The notes under the pieces: generated by a model | What the model saw: only the letters and a program-made list of their open reading frames with translations | Databases searched by the model: none | What the model was told of the DNA's origin: nothing | Program-made: the position numbers and the translations under genes | In this document: positions 8,370 to 9,938 of the stretch, piece by piece | Numbering within the stretch: the first letter of the stretch is position 1 | Layout of the letters: each line of letters opens with the position of its first letter | Assembly: GCA_963693365.1 (NCBI GenBank) | Contig: CAVNZM010000091.1 | Span: 1 to 9,938 of the forward strand | Length of the DNA stretch: 9,938 nt | Direction: 5' to 3' | Source: Amoebidium appalachense | Taxonomy: Eukaryota; Protista; Ichthyosporea

Positions 8370-8515
8370 GTGCGCATGTTCCCCTGTGGGAAAAAAGAGA
8401 GGGGGGGGGGGGGGGGGGAGAGGGAGAGCTAGATAGATAGAGAGAGGGGAGGGAGAGGGAGGGGTAGGGGGAGGGGGAGGGAGAGAGGGGGGGGGGGAGG
8501 GAGGGAGGGGGGGGG

Positions 8516-8517
<2 letters not shown>

Positions 8518-8610
<93 letters not shown>
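8518..8610 (+). repeat. (GA)n microsatellite within a long purine-rich tract (about 8387-8611)
   Basis: Seen directly. Confidence 0.95.
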
Positions 8611-8611
<1 letters not shown>

Positions 8612-8661
8612 CCAGGGAGCGGGGGAGGAAGTGGGGCACAGGGATGAGGGGGTGGATTTGT

Positions 8662-8696
<35 letters not shown>

Positions 8697-9391
8697 TAGC
8701 TTTTGAACACTTGACAGGAGAGGTTTGTTTCGGCTCATTTAGGTAAGGGGGTGATGATGCCAGAGGGGAGGGGGGCTTAGGAGGGGAAGGGGGGGGGGGG
8801 GGGGGACCGGCGGGGGAGTTAGGGGTGGGGTGGGGTGGGGGGGGGGGGGGGGGGGGGGAGGGGCCAATACCTAGGGCCCACGTTCTTAAAAAATTCAAGA
8901 TATGCTTTTTGATGGGTGTGGGCTTGATGTGGATCTCCGCCCTCCCCATTTCTCCCCCCCCCTCTCCCCAACACACACACACACACACACACTTCCCCTC
9001 TCCCTCCCTCCCCTGCTCCCCCCCTCTCCGCTCATCCCGTCTCACCACCCCCCTCGTTTGGTGTTTTCCACACGCGTCCACTCTACGGGAAAAGGTACGT
9101 CGTGTGACGGGGCATGGCCACACCTCTCTGGGGTCGAAAAGTGAATGTCCGTATCTGATGGAATACCGGGCATAAATTCATCGTCTTTTTGAGAATTTTG
9201 AGATTGTTCTTGATGTTAGTTCACCCCTTTTTGCACGATCTCTCTTTTGAAACCATCCTTTTTTCTTGAATAATACTGAGTGGAAACTCGGGGGAAAATG
9301 AGAACCAAAAGGAGTGAAGCAAGATAGAAGAACACGCGCACCATTCTTTCTTTCCACGTGTGTATCCGACACTAATTTTCTTACCATACAG

Positions 9392-9472
9392 TCACAGCAA
9401 CCCAGACAAAAGGAACCTGAGGTTGGGAAGGAGAAGAAAGATGGTGTGGTTGATGCTATGTTGCTGGATTTG
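9392..9472 (+). CDS. Coding exon after the RRM: SQQPRQKEPEVGKEKKDGVVDAMLLDL
   Basis: CTAAT 9372-9376, acceptor ttttcttaccatacag| (a second in-frame CAG lies 6 nt downstream), donor TTG|GTAACC, 81 nt, phase 0/0. Confidence 0.78.
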
Positions 9473-9923
9473 GTAACCACTTCCCCCCCTCCCTTCCGCC
9501 CCTTCCTCCCCACTCACCCACCTCCCCTTACCCCACCCACCCCACATACACACACATCCCTCCCTCCCCCTTCATGTCCACCATCCCCTTCGCCCCTCCG
9601 CCCCTTCCCTCCTCCGGCTCCATTCATATCACCCATGCACAAACACAGACACACATGTACATGTGTGCAACCACACACGTACATAAAACGCATTTCTCAG
9701 CGGCATGCTTCTTGTATGTCGAATATCCCAAAATGGACATTCCATATATAGTAGAAACCGATTAGTGCGTTAAATTTTATCTGCTTTGATGGGTGTGAGC
9801 GACTCAATGACGTTGGCACGTTGAACGTCAAGTTGGCTACACACGGAGAAATGCCGATATAAAAGAAACTAATTCACAGCTTCGATGTGTGTTTGCCATA
9901 TGGTGTGATGTTAACCTACACAG

Positions 9924-9938
9924 GATGCTAACCCATTT
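9924..9938 (+). CDS. Possible start of the next exon (DANPF..), truncated by the window edge
   Basis: TTAAC 9911-9915 then cag| at 9921-9923, open in phase 0. Alternatively, CTAAC at 9928-9932 is the branch site for an acceptor beyond the window. Confidence 0.3.

Noticed and set aside
7450-9765. Remaining low-complexity ORFs (CV/HT/LS/PP repeats)
   Set aside because: Microsatellite artefacts; only the embedded exons 7691-7780, 8304-8369 and 9392-9472 are supported.

Overview
Eukaryotic, intron-rich genomic DNA with two divergent genes. (1) Minus strand: a 446-nt coding exon (612->167, AG/GT bounded). Its product closely follows my recollection of an uncharacterised phage/giant-virus/bacterial protein family (CQW.P..DG....W.G..KFY.YVEWL.Y.I.HFL..WG...GED..DRG), followed by an acidic tail; the gene continues off the left edge. 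(2) Plus strand: a multi-exon gene running from about 1630 past the right edge. It encodes a long His/Lys-rich and acidic disordered region and one RRM split over three short phase-0 exons (6621-6704, 7691-7780, 8304-8369), with one apparent +1 frameshift near 2369-2373. Introns contain (CA)n, (TG)n, (GA)n, very long G/C/A/T runs and a 24-bp minisatellite. Most ORFs in the supplied track are low-complexity artefacts of these repeats. Gene models were built by hand from splice signals and frame continuity, no database search was run, and the organism is not identified.
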